64,000 bases of DNA. It comes from a virus (lineage: Duplodnaviria > Heunggongvirae > Uroviricota > Caudoviricetes). The translations under genes were made by a program, and so were the position numbers. Positions 8,795-17,975 of this stretch are shown here, one piece after another (position 1 is the stretch's first letter; every line of letters begins with the position of its first letter). The stretch lies in the IMG/VR virus record IMGVR_UViG_3300042363_000209. One strand, 5' to 3'. The notes under the pieces are model-generated. The model saw only the letters and a list, made by a program, of their open reading frames with translations. It ran no database searches and was not told the DNA's origin.

Positions 8795-11700
8795 AGTAAG
8801 TGTTTTATTTTATTAATTACTGTTTCTGCAGATATACCTTTATGACATTCAAATTGTCTGTCAGTTCCTTTATGTACAGGACACCAATCCCAATCACCTT
8901 TGTCAAACTTAAAGTTAGGATTGTTCCAACAACCATGACATAAGTTTGTATCTGTAATTCTTAAACAATTAGATTGAAACTCATGATCTGCTTCTGTAAA
9001 GTTACTAATCATTACAGTTTGCTTACCCATCATCCAAGCTAACCAGCTCAGTCCTGAGCTTAATCCTATAAAGAACTTACTATTCCAGATCATATTGATA
9101 GTGTTATCCATAGAAGTATCTTCTATCTGTGTACAGTTATCAAATGGATTTTTTTCTTTAGATACATTGTACACCTTGTATCCATGATCAACTAGATAGT
9201 TAATCAAAGCCTGCCAACCTTGCTTGGTCCAGAACTTACATCCTGATGTACTGTTTGTAGCAATAGTTACAAATGTATCTTTACCACTAAATTTAACTGG
9301 TTCATAAGCAAATCTAGGTCTAATCTCTTTCCATTCTAATCCTAGTATGTTAGTAGCTGCTTTCTGTAAAGGAATAGTGTTACACAACACAGGTTCTTTA
9401 TCTTTACCGTATCTCCAGCCAACAATGTACTGACCATGAATATTACCCACTACACTTCCTGGAGTGATAAACTCAAGCTCTGGATACGCTTTCTCAAACA
9501 AGAAATTCTTATATGTGCTCACTACAACATGACAGTTGTGTTTCTTTCTGAATTCATTGCAATACGGTATCCAGGCAATAGTATCACCTAATGATTGACT
9601 ATCTATACAGATGTATACACGCTTACCTTCATAGTTTAACGTTTCTTCAAAGATGAGTTCTCCATCTTCCCATACCATAGCTGTCCACTTGGTAAACCAT
9701 TGTCTATTTAACTTAACCCAACGGTTGCTAGTAATTGTATTTTCATAATGGCAAACCCCTTTCTCATCAAAGAATTTGATTAAGAAGTTACTATCACTGT
9801 TTCCTGTAATTTCTAAGGTGGGACTCTCTACAAATAACAAAGATATATTCACCTTTGTTTTCTTCTTTTTTCTAGGAACAATGGGTATATCAAGTGTTTT
9901 GTTATACAAGTGTAAATGATTTTGTGCAAATCTGTTATCTGGTATGTCATGAAAAACAACACCAACAGGATATTTTTCATTCACTTCATCTAAATCACTA
10001 TCTATAGGTAGGATGTATCTAGTAAACATATCTTCATACTGAGGAAGATTTCTAGCTACTACAGGAAGTGCATAGCTGATCGCTTCTCTAAGTACAAGAG
10101 GATTACATTCCCATGTGCTGTTAAACATGAATATGTCTGCAGCTTTTAAGAATATATCTACATCATTTCTCTCTCCCCATATCTTTACATTCTTTGGTAA
10201 GTTTTCCATCAACGGTTCCCAGTAGTCTTTAAAGTTGGGGGCTTGATTACCTACAAAATGGAAGTCCATACTAGGATATTTTCTAGCTATCTCTATTCCT
10301 TCTTTCTGATTCTTTCCTGGAGTCCACAGTCCTACGTTTACAACATTAGGTCTGTTCAGATTAAATCCTAACTCATCTTTAGCATCCACTTTATGTACAA
10401 TACTTGGTCTCTTATCTTCTATAGGGAATTCAATTACATCTTTATAAGCCTTCATGTTAGCAAATGTCTTATAATGATATGGTGTACAGAAAGCATAAGC
10501 TTCTGGTTCATACTTCTTAAGTTCGTCAGGATTAAACCAAACGTTATGACATGTCTCAACTATTCTCCAGGTTCTATCAGGAGCATACAATGCATCTAAT
10601 AACTGAGGGCTTATTTGATTAAAACTCTCAAACCCTTCTAACATTTCTTCTACATGTACAACATCAATGCTATTCTTTTTGATGATGTCAATGAGCTCCA
10701 TCTTGTTTTCTCCTAGTGTAAACATCCTGTTTTCAGGCAATAGCTTTTTGATTTCATTCTTCTGTACAACATACACAGGACTGAAGTCAGAGTACTCCAC
10801 TACATAAATTCGTACGAAATGTTGTAGTTCTTGCACTCTTTTTAGGAGGAAACCAGGCATACCACCTGTAGATAAGTGAGGAGCTAAGAACAATACACTT
10901 AGTTGTTTCTCTGCACTCTCTAGAGTTTGTATCATCTTATTCATCACCTTTGGATCTTTCTCTCCATGTAAGAATAATAACTTATGTTTATTATCTGGTA
11001 ATCTTGACCAGCTTCCGTGGTGCTTCCCCCACTCAAGCTTATCGTAGATGTCTTCTATTCTATCTAGGCTAGCATTGGTGTAGATGTAAGGTAGGCCATC
11101 TAACACTCCCCACTTCCACAATAACACGTTAGCTATTGTTTCTTCATGGTATGGAGCATACCACTCATGGTTAGCCATCACTTTAGGATGAGTACACATC
11201 CAGTACCACTCATCTAAGAAATCAAAGCAGTAATGGTTGGCTACAAAATAACCTGTTTGTCTATATCTCTGTCTAACATATTGATTGACACCAAACAATT
11301 CACATGCTGGTGCTTCTAATGTTGTAGACATATCTTCTCTAGTATCAGCCCCACCTCTACCATTGATGTGTAGATAGTCATAAATACCCTCTACAAAATA
11401 GGGATAGTTCATTTTAGGATACATATCAAAGATGCTATCAACATATTCTGTGGCTACACTATCAGAGTCTATATAAGCTACTGTATGAGCACAGTTTAAT
11501 AGAGCATCTTTAACAATCATTGGACGTTCTATCAACAGTCTATAAACATTCTTATCACTTCTATCAATGTATTTGTTGATAGAAAGCTTTGGTAGATTAG
11601 ACTTCCACATAATTGTTGTAGCACCAGGAATATCTGCAATAGTATCTAATAAATATACGTAGATGGGAAGCTCGCTATATCTTCTTATAGAAGCTACACA

Positions 11701-12288
11701 AGCTTTAACGGTAGGAACATAAGATGCATTTGCATATAAAACGTACGCTTTTTCAGCTTTTATATGCTTATTCGTATAATACCCATACAAATGATTACTG
11801 TAAAGTTCAACTAGCTGGGGGTATCTAGTCTTCATTACCCTGTGAGTTAGGTCTTCCTGGAGATGGGTTTCGTATGTATTACCATACTCTTCACCATCTT
11901 GAGCCATCATATATGGTACAGCCACTAAACATTCTTTGCCTGCATCTGTTATATCTGTAATAAGCTTCTGACCTTCTTCAGCTGTAAGATGTTCTAGTAT
12001 ATCTCCTAGGATGATGTAGTCATATTCTGACCAGTCAAACTCACGGATGTCTGCATTGTGTACTGTTCCGTACCAATCTTTCAGTTTGAATTCTTCAATG
12101 TAAGGGGCCCAAGCTTCAACAGCATCTATATCATAACCAATATCTTCTAAAAGCTTAGCATAAGTACCCTGTCCAGGACCAACATCTAATATCTTTTTAT
12201 GTGTAGGAACATGATGTTCAAAGTATTTCTTAATCTCAGGTTTGTAAAAAGTATAACTATTTGGCATAATGCTGGTTATTTTGAACAA
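8791..12288 (-). CDS. Giant multidomain decoration enzyme (1165 aa). N-terminal class-I SAM methyltransferase, followed by GT-A (GT8-like DxD), GT-B (GT4-like) and a C-terminal GT9-like domain.
   Basis: Four domain signatures in order: SAM motif I ILDVGPGQGTYAKLL; a DxD motif, AYIDSDSV; a GT-B region, FMFNSTWECNPLVLREAISYALPVVARN; and a C-terminal CHGCWNNP... segment with GT9-like layout. Confidence 0.55.
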   Translation of the reverse strand: MFKITSIMPNSYTFYKPEIKKYFEHHVPTHKKILDVGPGQGTYAKLLEDIGYDIDAVEAWAPYIEEFKLKDWYGTVHNADIREFDWSEYDYIILGDILEHLTAEEGQKLITDITDAGKECLVAVPYMMAQDGEEYGNTYETHLQEDLTHRVMKTRYPQLVELYSNHLYGYYTNKHIKAEKAYVLYANASYVPTVKACVASIRRYSELPIYVYLLDTIADIPGATTIMWKSNLPKLSINKYIDRSDKNVYRLLIERPMIVKDALLNCAHTVAYIDSDSVATEYVDSIFDMYPKMNYPYFVEGIYDYLHINGRGGADTREDMSTTLEAPACELFGVNQYVRQRYRQTGYFVANHYCFDFLDEWYWMCTHPKVMANHEWYAPYHEETIANVLLWKWGVLDGLPYIYTNASLDRIEDIYDKLEWGKHHGSWSRLPDNKHKLLFLHGEKDPKVMNKMIQTLESAEKQLSVLFLAPHLSTGGMPGFLLKRVQELQHFVRIYVVEYSDFSPVYVVQKNEIKKLLPENRMFTLGENKMELIDIIKKNSIDVVHVEEMLEGFESFNQISPQLLDALYAPDRTWRIVETCHNVWFNPDELKKYEPEAYAFCTPYHYKTFANMKAYKDVIEFPIEDKRPSIVHKVDAKDELGFNLNRPNVVNVGLWTPGKNQKEGIEIARKYPSMDFHFVGNQAPNFKDYWEPLMENLPKNVKIWGERNDVDIFLKAADIFMFNSTWECNPLVLREAISYALPVVARNLPQYEDMFTRYILPIDSDLDEVNEKYPVGVVFHDIPDNRFAQNHLHLYNKTLDIPIVPRKKKKTKVNISLLFVESPTLEITGNSDSNFLIKFFDEKGVCHYENTITSNRWVKLNRQWFTKWTAMVWEDGELIFEETLNYEGKRVYICIDSQSLGDTIAWIPYCNEFRKKHNCHVVVSTYKNFLFEKAYPELEFITPGSVVGNIHGQYIVGWRYGKDKEPVLCNTIPLQKAATNILGLEWKEIRPRFAYEPVKFSGKDTFVTIATNSTSGCKFWTKQGWQALINYLVDHGYKVYNVSKEKNPFDNCTQIEDTSMDNTINMIWNSKFFIGLSSGLSWLAWMMGKQTVMISNFTEADHEFQSNCLRITDTNLCHGCWNNPNFKFDKGDWDWCPVHKGTDRQFECHKGISAETVINKIKHLL

Positions 12289-12326
12289 AATTAGTATATT
12301 TGTTGTAAATAAACAACAAAATTTTT

Positions 12327-12695
12327 ATGCAAATAGAAGTAAGTATTGGGGAAGTTGTGGACAAATGGACCATCCTTTCCATCAAGGCTTTGAACATTAC
12401 AGACAAAGACAAACTTAAGAACGTTTTTGTTGAGAAAAACTACTTAAATACAGTGATTGACCCTGAAATTCTACACGATCCACTAGTAGATGATCTACTT
12501 AAGACAAACAAAGCTCTTTGGGATGTGGAAGACTTGCTCAGAGACTTTGAAAGAGCTGGTAGTTTTGGCCCAGAATTTGTTGATCTGGCTAGGTCAGTGT
12601 ACAAATTGAATGATAAAAGAGCACATATTAAAAAAGAAATTAATATCAAGTACTTCTCTGAGTTTGTAGAGGAGAAATCATACAACCCTTACTAA
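12327..12695 (+). CDS. Hypothetical protein (122 aa); first gene of the rightward block after a divergent AT-rich promoter gap
   Basis: Complete ORF with no motif. Confidence 0.45.
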   Translation: MQIEVSIGEVVDKWTILSIKALNITDKDKLKNVFVEKNYLNTVIDPEILHDPLVDDLLKTNKALWDVEDLLRDFERAGSFGPEFVDLARSVYKLNDKRAHIKKEINIKYFSEFVEEKSYNPY

Positions 12696-12731
12696 AAAAA
12701 GATTTGGTTATATCAAATCTTTTACATAGTT

Positions 12732-12950
12732 TTGCTCATACATATGCCATTGGTAAAGAGACACATAGCTAAGACTATTAGCTATAGAATAATCAGCACC
12801 GTAATAGGTTTCCTAATAATGTGGTGGATCAGTGATTCTATCAAGGTGGGGGCTGCCTTTGGGGTAGCTGAGCTTATCTACAAGCCTGTTCAATACTATC
12901 TTCACGAACGTTTCTGGTACAAGTGGATTAAGTACGGATTGAAGAAATAA
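12732..12950 (+). CDS. Small membrane protein (one TM)
   Basis: Hydrophobic stretch IISTVIGFLIMWWI. Confidence 0.4.
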   Translation: MLIHMPLVKRHIAKTISYRIISTVIGFLIMWWISDSIKVGAAFGVAELIYKPVQYYLHERFWYKWIKYGLKK

Positions 12951-13026
12951 AATTTTATTTATAAACTACATAGAATGATCTTCTCCCAAATAGGGGGACA
13001 GGCATTCTATTTTCTATTTTTAAAAA

Positions 13027-13332
13027 ATGACAACAAAACAAGAAAATTCTTCTATTGCAACATTTAAAGTTTGGATATTTCCAAGCTTAGTATCAATAGT
13101 TAGTCTTCTAATCTGGAATGATGTTAATGAAATCAAGTCTGATGTAAAGATGTTGATGGCTCAATCTAATGTAGACAAGACACGTATTGATAATTTAGAA
13201 AGAGTAGTTTATAATAAAACAGCATCTCTTCCCTTTGATTTACCTAGTACAGACTTAGAAATGGAAAGCTATGCTATTCTACCTAACAAAAAAACAATTA
13301 AAAATAAAAAATATGAAGAAATTCTTTTCTGA
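13027..13332 (+). CDS. Hypothetical protein with N-terminal TM
   Basis: ORF with hydrophobic segment WIFPSLVSIVSLLIW. Confidence 0.4.
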   Translation: MTTKQENSSIATFKVWIFPSLVSIVSLLIWNDVNEIKSDVKMLMAQSNVDKTRIDNLERVVYNKTASLPFDLPSTDLEMESYAILPNKKTIKNKKYEEILF

Positions 13333-13564
13333 TTTATTTGATGACAGCAACTCAATCAATGAGAAGGCTGTAATTGGCTTTGCTTCTTTTGTAATCATGA
13401 TAATATTTGCTTTGACAGATATTGTTACAGGGGCTATGAATAAACCGTTGTTAGTTAATGAGTTCATATATGACTCATTTAAAATCTTGACTATAGCTTG
13501 TTTTGGTATTGCTTCTATAGATAAATTTATTAATAAGAGAAACCAAACTGAAGATAATGAATAA
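13313..13564 (+). CDS. Hypothetical membrane protein (start moved to internal ATG MKKFF..)
   Basis: Using the upstream ATG at 13271 would overlap the previous gene by 62 nt. The ATG at 13313 leaves a 20-nt overlap. Carries a TM segment. Confidence 0.35.
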   Translation: MKKFFSDLFDDSNSINEKAVIGFASFVIMIIFALTDIVTGAMNKPLLVNEFIYDSFKILTIACFGIASIDKFINKRNQTEDNE

Positions 13565-14156
13565 ACTACTTAGTGTTGTAATTGTTGTTTTACTAGCATT
13601 TATATTTTTTCAAAATGATGGGTGCACTTACATAGACAAAAAGTCTGAAATAGTAACTGTACATGACACTACTTGGCAGGTTCATGACTCATTGATTGTT
13701 AAGAAGATAAAGATCAAAGAGACAATACATGACACTATTGCCACTCCTCCAGAATATATAGCAGACACAAACTATTTAACTCTTAAGCTTCAGTATGAAG
13801 CGTTAGTATCAGATTTTTTAGCTAAGAATGTTTATGCTGACACAGTGAAGTTGGATACATTAGGTTATGTAGCTGTAGCTGATACAGTGTATAAAAATGA
13901 ATTACTAAATAGATCTTATAAATACAACTATAAGGTTCCTACAGTCACTGTAACAACCACCATTACTAAGTATGCTCCTAATAAAGGTGCTCTATTTATA
14001 GGGGGGGGTATTGCAAGTGATAGGAATAGTTTGAATATTTTACAAGGAGGGCTATTGTATAAATCTAAAAAAGATAAAATATTTGGATTAAATATTGGAA
14101 TCAACAATAATAGTCAAGTTATATATGGTTTTCAATCATATTGGAAAATTAAATAA
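13557..14156 (+). CDS. Secreted/exported hypothetical protein (signal peptide)
   Basis: N-terminal hydrophobic leader LLSVVIVVLLAFIFF. Confidence 0.45.
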   Translation: MNKLLSVVIVVLLAFIFFQNDGCTYIDKKSEIVTVHDTTWQVHDSLIVKKIKIKETIHDTIATPPEYIADTNYLTLKLQYEALVSDFLAKNVYADTVKLDTLGYVAVADTVYKNELLNRSYKYNYKVPTVTVTTTITKYAPNKGALFIGGGIASDRNSLNILQGGLLYKSKKDKIFGLNIGINNNSQVIYGFQSYWKIK

Positions 14157-14161
14157 AACAC

Positions 14162-14323
14162 ATGAAAAAAATTATTGAACTTGTCAAAAGCCTTTTTGGT
14201 GAAGGCTCTTTTGCTAAAAAACTATTAACTATCAAAAGCTTAGAGAAAGAAGTTAAAGCTGTAGTTAATGGTTCTGAAGAGAAAATAGAAAAAGTTAACT
14301 ATAAAAAGAAAAAGAAAAAATGA
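14162..14323 (+). CDS. Small Lys-rich ORF (53 aa) below the ORF-track threshold
   Basis: An ATG..TGA ORF found by hand-translating the gap. Its stop overlaps the endolysin start (ATGA). Confidence 0.3.
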   Translation: MKKIIELVKSLFGEGSFAKKLLTIKSLEKEVKAVVNGSEEKIEKVNYKKKKKK

Positions 14324-14925
14324 ATTTAGATAAATTAAAAGGACACATTCCTGACACAGTGATTGCTCAAATCCCTGCTGTACAAGAGAAGTTTGAGATC
14401 AATACTCCTTTACGTTTAGCTCATTTCTTGGCTCAATGTGGACATGAATCTGGTGGCTTTAAAGCTGTTTCAGAGAACTTAAACTACGGTGCTGCTGGTT
14501 TACAGAGCATCTTTAAAAAATACTTTACTCCTGTGAGTGCTAAGGAATATGAACGCAAGCCTGAAAAGATTGCTAACATTGTTTACGCTAACCGTATGGG
14601 TAATGGTCCTCAAGCTAGTGGAGAAGGATACAAGTTTAGAGGACGTGGTTACATACAGTTAACTGGTAAAGATAACTACACAGCTTTTGATAAGGTGGTA
14701 GAAGATGATATATTAGTTAGTCCAGATCTTGTAGCTACAAAGTACCCACTTTTATCTGCAGCTTGGTTCTTCCATAAGAATGGATTACATAAGATTGCTG
14801 ATGAGGGGGCTACAGATGCTGTGGTTACTAAGGTGACTAAACGTGTTAATGGTGGAACAATTGGTCTACCAGATCGTATAAAACATTTCAACGAATACAA
14901 TAACCTATTAAACGGAAGTATATAA
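14320..14925 (+). CDS. Endolysin, glycoside hydrolase family 19-like (lysozyme/chitinase-type)
   Basis: LAHFLAQCGHESGGF matches the GH19 catalytic signature (AFLAQxSHETG). Confidence 0.65.
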   Translation: MNLDKLKGHIPDTVIAQIPAVQEKFEINTPLRLAHFLAQCGHESGGFKAVSENLNYGAAGLQSIFKKYFTPVSAKEYERKPEKIANIVYANRMGNGPQASGEGYKFRGRGYIQLTGKDNYTAFDKVVEDDILVSPDLVATKYPLLSAAWFFHKNGLHKIADEGATDAVVTKVTKRVNGGTIGLPDRIKHFNEYNNLLNGSI

Positions 14926-15317
14926 TGACACAAGAAGAAAGGAATGAAAAGATATCTGAGCAACTGGCAGCTGATAAAAGTAAGTCAGGGTTGGTAGAGA
15001 AGTTAGTTTTCACACTTTTACCTATTTGTGTATCAGCTATTGGATGGTTATTGACTCAAGTGAGTACCTTAAACAACCAGATAACTGTTTTAAATAATAA
15101 GATAGCAGTGGTAGTAACTACTGAAAATAAAGCTATTCCTCCACAGGGAACTACTATTGAGATGGAGGCTATTAGAGCGGCAGCAGCACAAAGCAGAGCT
15201 GATATGAAGATGGAAATCATACAAAAAATGACTGATATTAAAGAATCTGCAGCAACTGAAAGAGCAGAGATCAAACAGCGTTTAGCTGTATTAGAATACA
15301 AAAACAAATTAAGATAA
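14925..15317 (+). CDS. Single-TM coiled-coil protein, holin or i-spanin candidate
   Basis: One TM (LVFTLLPICVSAIGWLL) followed by a coiled-coil periplasmic part. Directly follows the endolysin with an ATGA overlap. Confidence 0.4.
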   Translation: MTQEERNEKISEQLAADKSKSGLVEKLVFTLLPICVSAIGWLLTQVSTLNNQITVLNNKIAVVVTTENKAIPPQGTTIEMEAIRAAAAQSRADMKMEIIQKMTDIKESAATERAEIKQRLAVLEYKNKLR

Positions 15318-15619
15318 TGGCAGCGAAAAAAGACTTAAATGTATCAGCAAATCCTTTACCTATAAGTTTTAAGGAGTTTGCTAAAAACCCAATAGTGGGC
15401 ACCCTTTTCTTGGTGCTCATTGCTATTTCATATCTATACATAGATGTTCGTACAACATTCAAAGAGCAGGCAACTTCTCAGAATGTACGTATTGAAAAGG
15501 TGGAAGGTAGATTAGATAAGGTGCAGGAAGCATTAAGAGTTAGTGACAGTACTAAAGCTGTGACTACCACTCAATTACAAACTCTACAACAATTAGGTGC
15601 AATCAAAAAACTTAAATAA
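15317..15619 (+). CDS. Single-TM coiled-coil protein, holin/spanin candidate
   Basis: TM IVGTLFLVLIAISYLYI plus coiled coil. Translationally coupled to its neighbour. Confidence 0.4.
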   Translation: MAAKKDLNVSANPLPISFKEFAKNPIVGTLFLVLIAISYLYIDVRTTFKEQATSQNVRIEKVEGRLDKVQEALRVSDSTKAVTTTQLQTLQQLGAIKKLK

Positions 15620-15620
15620 T

Positions 15621-15950
15621 ATGAAAAATATATTATATATATTAGTATTATTTGCATATGGATGTCAAATTGGTACAGCTCAGCAAGTTGATGGAACAGC
15701 TAAGGAAGATAAGGAATTTGAACTTCTACTTAACAAAGTTTCAGAAAACAATAAGGCTGGTGCAGCTGTACAAGAAGGTGCTACCAAAGCACAAACAAAA
15801 ATAGTAAACCAAGCAGTTAACCAAATAGTATCGTTAAAAGCAGAGGTTAGTTCATTAAAATCTGAATTAAATGATGTTAAAAGTAAACTTGATAGTAATC
15901 TTAGTGACACTGGTGTCAAATTTAGGTTATTGCCAGTATCCAATCGTTAA
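15621..15950 (+). CDS. Lipoprotein-like protein with coiled-coil, o-spanin candidate
   Basis: Signal peptide MKNILYILVLFAYGC with a Cys after the hydrophobic core. Starting at the ATG at 15621 avoids overlap with the previous gene. Confidence 0.4.
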   Translation: MKNILYILVLFAYGCQIGTAQQVDGTAKEDKEFELLLNKVSENNKAGAAVQEGATKAQTKIVNQAVNQIVSLKAEVSSLKSELNDVKSKLDSNLSDTGVKFRLLPVSNR

Positions 15951-16260
15951 GAAAATAGGAAATGATTCTGTTGTAGTTATGACCTTGAAACAGGCAAACA
16001 CTATAAATGATAAGTTTCAATCTAATCAAACTACAATTGATTCGTTGAAGACGTATGTTTATATAAAAGATAGCATTATAAGCAAAGACAAAATAACATA
16101 CGATAGCTTGCATGCAGTTACAAATCAGTACAGAGCAAGATATGATGAAAGATTAAATATGCGTATCCCTATTGCTAAAGATAATAGCGGATGGGAGTTT
16201 GCTCAAAAAATGGTATTGGTTGGTGTTATAGTATTACAATTCTTCACTATAAAAAGATAA
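15871..16260 (+). CDS. Membrane protein with N-terminal signal/TM and C-terminal TM; overlaps the previous gene by 80 nt in another frame
   Basis: MMLKVNLIVILVTLVSNLGYC leader and a C-terminal LVGVIVLQFF. The overlap is typical of lysis cassettes but the start is uncertain. Confidence 0.35.
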   Translation: MMLKVNLIVILVTLVSNLGYCQYPIVKKIGNDSVVVMTLKQANTINDKFQSNQTTIDSLKTYVYIKDSIISKDKITYDSLHAVTNQYRARYDERLNMRIPIAKDNSGWEFAQKMVLVGVIVLQFFTIKR

Positions 16261-16268
16261 AAATCAAC

Positions 16269-16397
16269 ATGGCAAAGGCTAAAGGAGGATCATCCTCACA
16301 AAAAGTAAATTTTGGAAAACGTAAAGGTGGCAAAGCTGCTAAATCACAAGGTCCAAAAGACAAACCAGTAAAGAAATATAAAGGTCAAGGTAAGTAG
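16269..16397 (+). CDS. Very basic small protein MAKAKGGSSSQKVNFGKRKGGKAAKSQGPKDKPVKKYKGQGK
   Basis: Uses the internal ATG of track ORF 16191..16397. Composition resembles the MATVKK array proteins. Confidence 0.35.
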   Translation: MAKAKGGSSSQKVNFGKRKGGKAAKSQGPKDKPVKKYKGQGK

Positions 16398-16545
16398 TAA
16401 TACTACCAATATACAAACATTTCTAAACTAAAATCTATAACTAACTTGATTAGAGTTGAGTTAATTAATTTGGTTATACCAATTTTATAAACCTCATTGA
16501 TTATAGTAAAAAACAACATATCTTTGAAAATTAATTTTTTATAAC

Positions 16546-16701
16546 ATGGCAATACCAGCAAGGCCCATAGGGCAAGATCCAGTTTCACAACAATTGTGGA
16601 ACATCTCAAAACAAATGGAACAGTTGATTGGACAAGTTGGAGCTGTAGTTAAAAACACTGCAGGCTTAACTACCACAACTACCACTACAACAACCCCTTA
16701 A
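16546..16701 (+). CDS. Small ORF (51 aa) ending in a poly-Thr tail (TTTTTTTTTP)
   Basis: Hand-translated: MAIPARPIGQDPVSQQLWNISKQMEQLIGQVGAVVKNTAGLTTTTTTTTTP. Confidence 0.3.
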   Translation: MAIPARPIGQDPVSQQLWNISKQMEQLIGQVGAVVKNTAGLTTTTTTTTTP

Positions 16702-16712
16702 ATAAAATAAAA

Positions 16713-16910
16713 ATGGCAAATTTACAAGCGTTACAAGCAGAATTAGAAGCAACAGATAAAGCAATTCAAGAAGCAAGAAAGGCTCAGATTGATGCACTTA
16801 TTGCAGCAAAAGCAGCTGAAGAAGCAGCAAAAACTCCAGCAGATTATGAAGCTGAATTACAAGCTCAACTTGATGTTAAGAAAGCTTTATTAGCTGGTCT
16901 TCAAGCATAA
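16713..16910 (+). CDS. Ala/Glu-rich coiled-coil small protein
   Basis: ORF. Heptad-like Ala/Lys/Glu composition. Confidence 0.4.
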   Translation: MANLQALQAELEATDKAIQEARKAQIDALIAAKAAEEAAKTPADYEAELQAQLDVKKALLAGLQA

Positions 16911-16939
16911 GTATTTATCTAAACCAACAATAACTACAT

Positions 16940-17956
16940 ATGAAGGATTTAAAGTTTATCTGTGCTCAGCCAGATGATACTTACTATACTTGGCAAGTAC
17001 ATGCCTGGTTAGAAAGTTTAAAAGAAATTGGGCACTTGGACAAAGCAATTGTGTTAATATACACTCCTAGCTTTAGAGAAAAAAGTGATAAATGGCAAAA
17101 GATAGTTGATCTGTATCCAGAAGCAGAGTTTGCTTTCTATAAAGACACAGGAGATGTAAGTAAATACTTAGGAGTTTATATTCCTGTTTTACGTCCATAT
17201 GTCTTGATGAGATACTTTCAGGAACACCCTGAGATGATAAGCAAAGCAGTGTTCTACTGTGACTGTGATATTCTGTTTACAGATAAATTTGATGTAGAGA
17301 AGTATAGAGACGATGAAGTCTGCTACTTGTCTGACACAAACAGCTACATAAATGCTTCATATTTTGATAGTAAAATAAAAGATGTTCTTCCTGCTAAGCT
17401 AGAAGAATACAAAACTAGAGATGTCCTAGCTGAGCTTACAAGCTTAATAGGAATCAATAGAGAAATAGCTGAAGCTAACAACGAACATTCAGGAGGAGCT
17501 CAATACTTCTTAAAGAATGTGGATGCTACCTTCTGGAAGAAGGTGATGAATGACTGTATTGTTATTCGTAGCTATCTTCAACATATAAACAAAGAGTTCT
17601 TTGGTAGTGAAGATAAAGGATTTCAAAGCTGGTGTGCAGATATGTGGGCCGTGTTATGGAACCTTTGGTTAAGAGACCAAGAAACTAAAAACATCCCTGA
17701 GATGGATTTCTCTTGGGCAACAGACCCAATTGAAAAGGTGGAGAAACTAGGACTCTTTCATAATGCAGGAGTGACAGCTAAAACAATGTATGGCTACCCT
17801 GCGTTCTATAAAGGAACATACCACACAGGTAAAGATCCTTTCAGTGATAGTCACATGTATGTAGTGCATACTAGTGATGAGTCTAAAAAACATGGTACAT
17901 ATTACTATGTTAAAAAACTATTAGAATTAAAAAACAAATATAACCTTAACTATTAA
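16940..17956 (+). CDS. Hypothetical protein (338 aa), possible GT-A-type glycosyltransferase
   Basis: Possible DxD-like FYCDCDILFTDKFD. Otherwise unassigned. Confidence 0.3.
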   Translation: MKDLKFICAQPDDTYYTWQVHAWLESLKEIGHLDKAIVLIYTPSFREKSDKWQKIVDLYPEAEFAFYKDTGDVSKYLGVYIPVLRPYVLMRYFQEHPEMISKAVFYCDCDILFTDKFDVEKYRDDEVCYLSDTNSYINASYFDSKIKDVLPAKLEEYKTRDVLAELTSLIGINREIAEANNEHSGGAQYFLKNVDATFWKKVMNDCIVIRSYLQHINKEFFGSEDKGFQSWCADMWAVLWNLWLRDQETKNIPEMDFSWATDPIEKVEKLGLFHNAGVTAKTMYGYPAFYKGTYHTGKDPFSDSHMYVVHTSDESKKHGTYYYVKKLLELKNKYNLNY

Positions 17957-17975
17957 CCTAATTAAAAACAAAATT

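Noticed and set aside
10393-10599. 68-aa plus-strand ORF inside the 1165-aa gene
   Set aside because: Fully embedded antisense in a well-supported large CDS, with no independent support.
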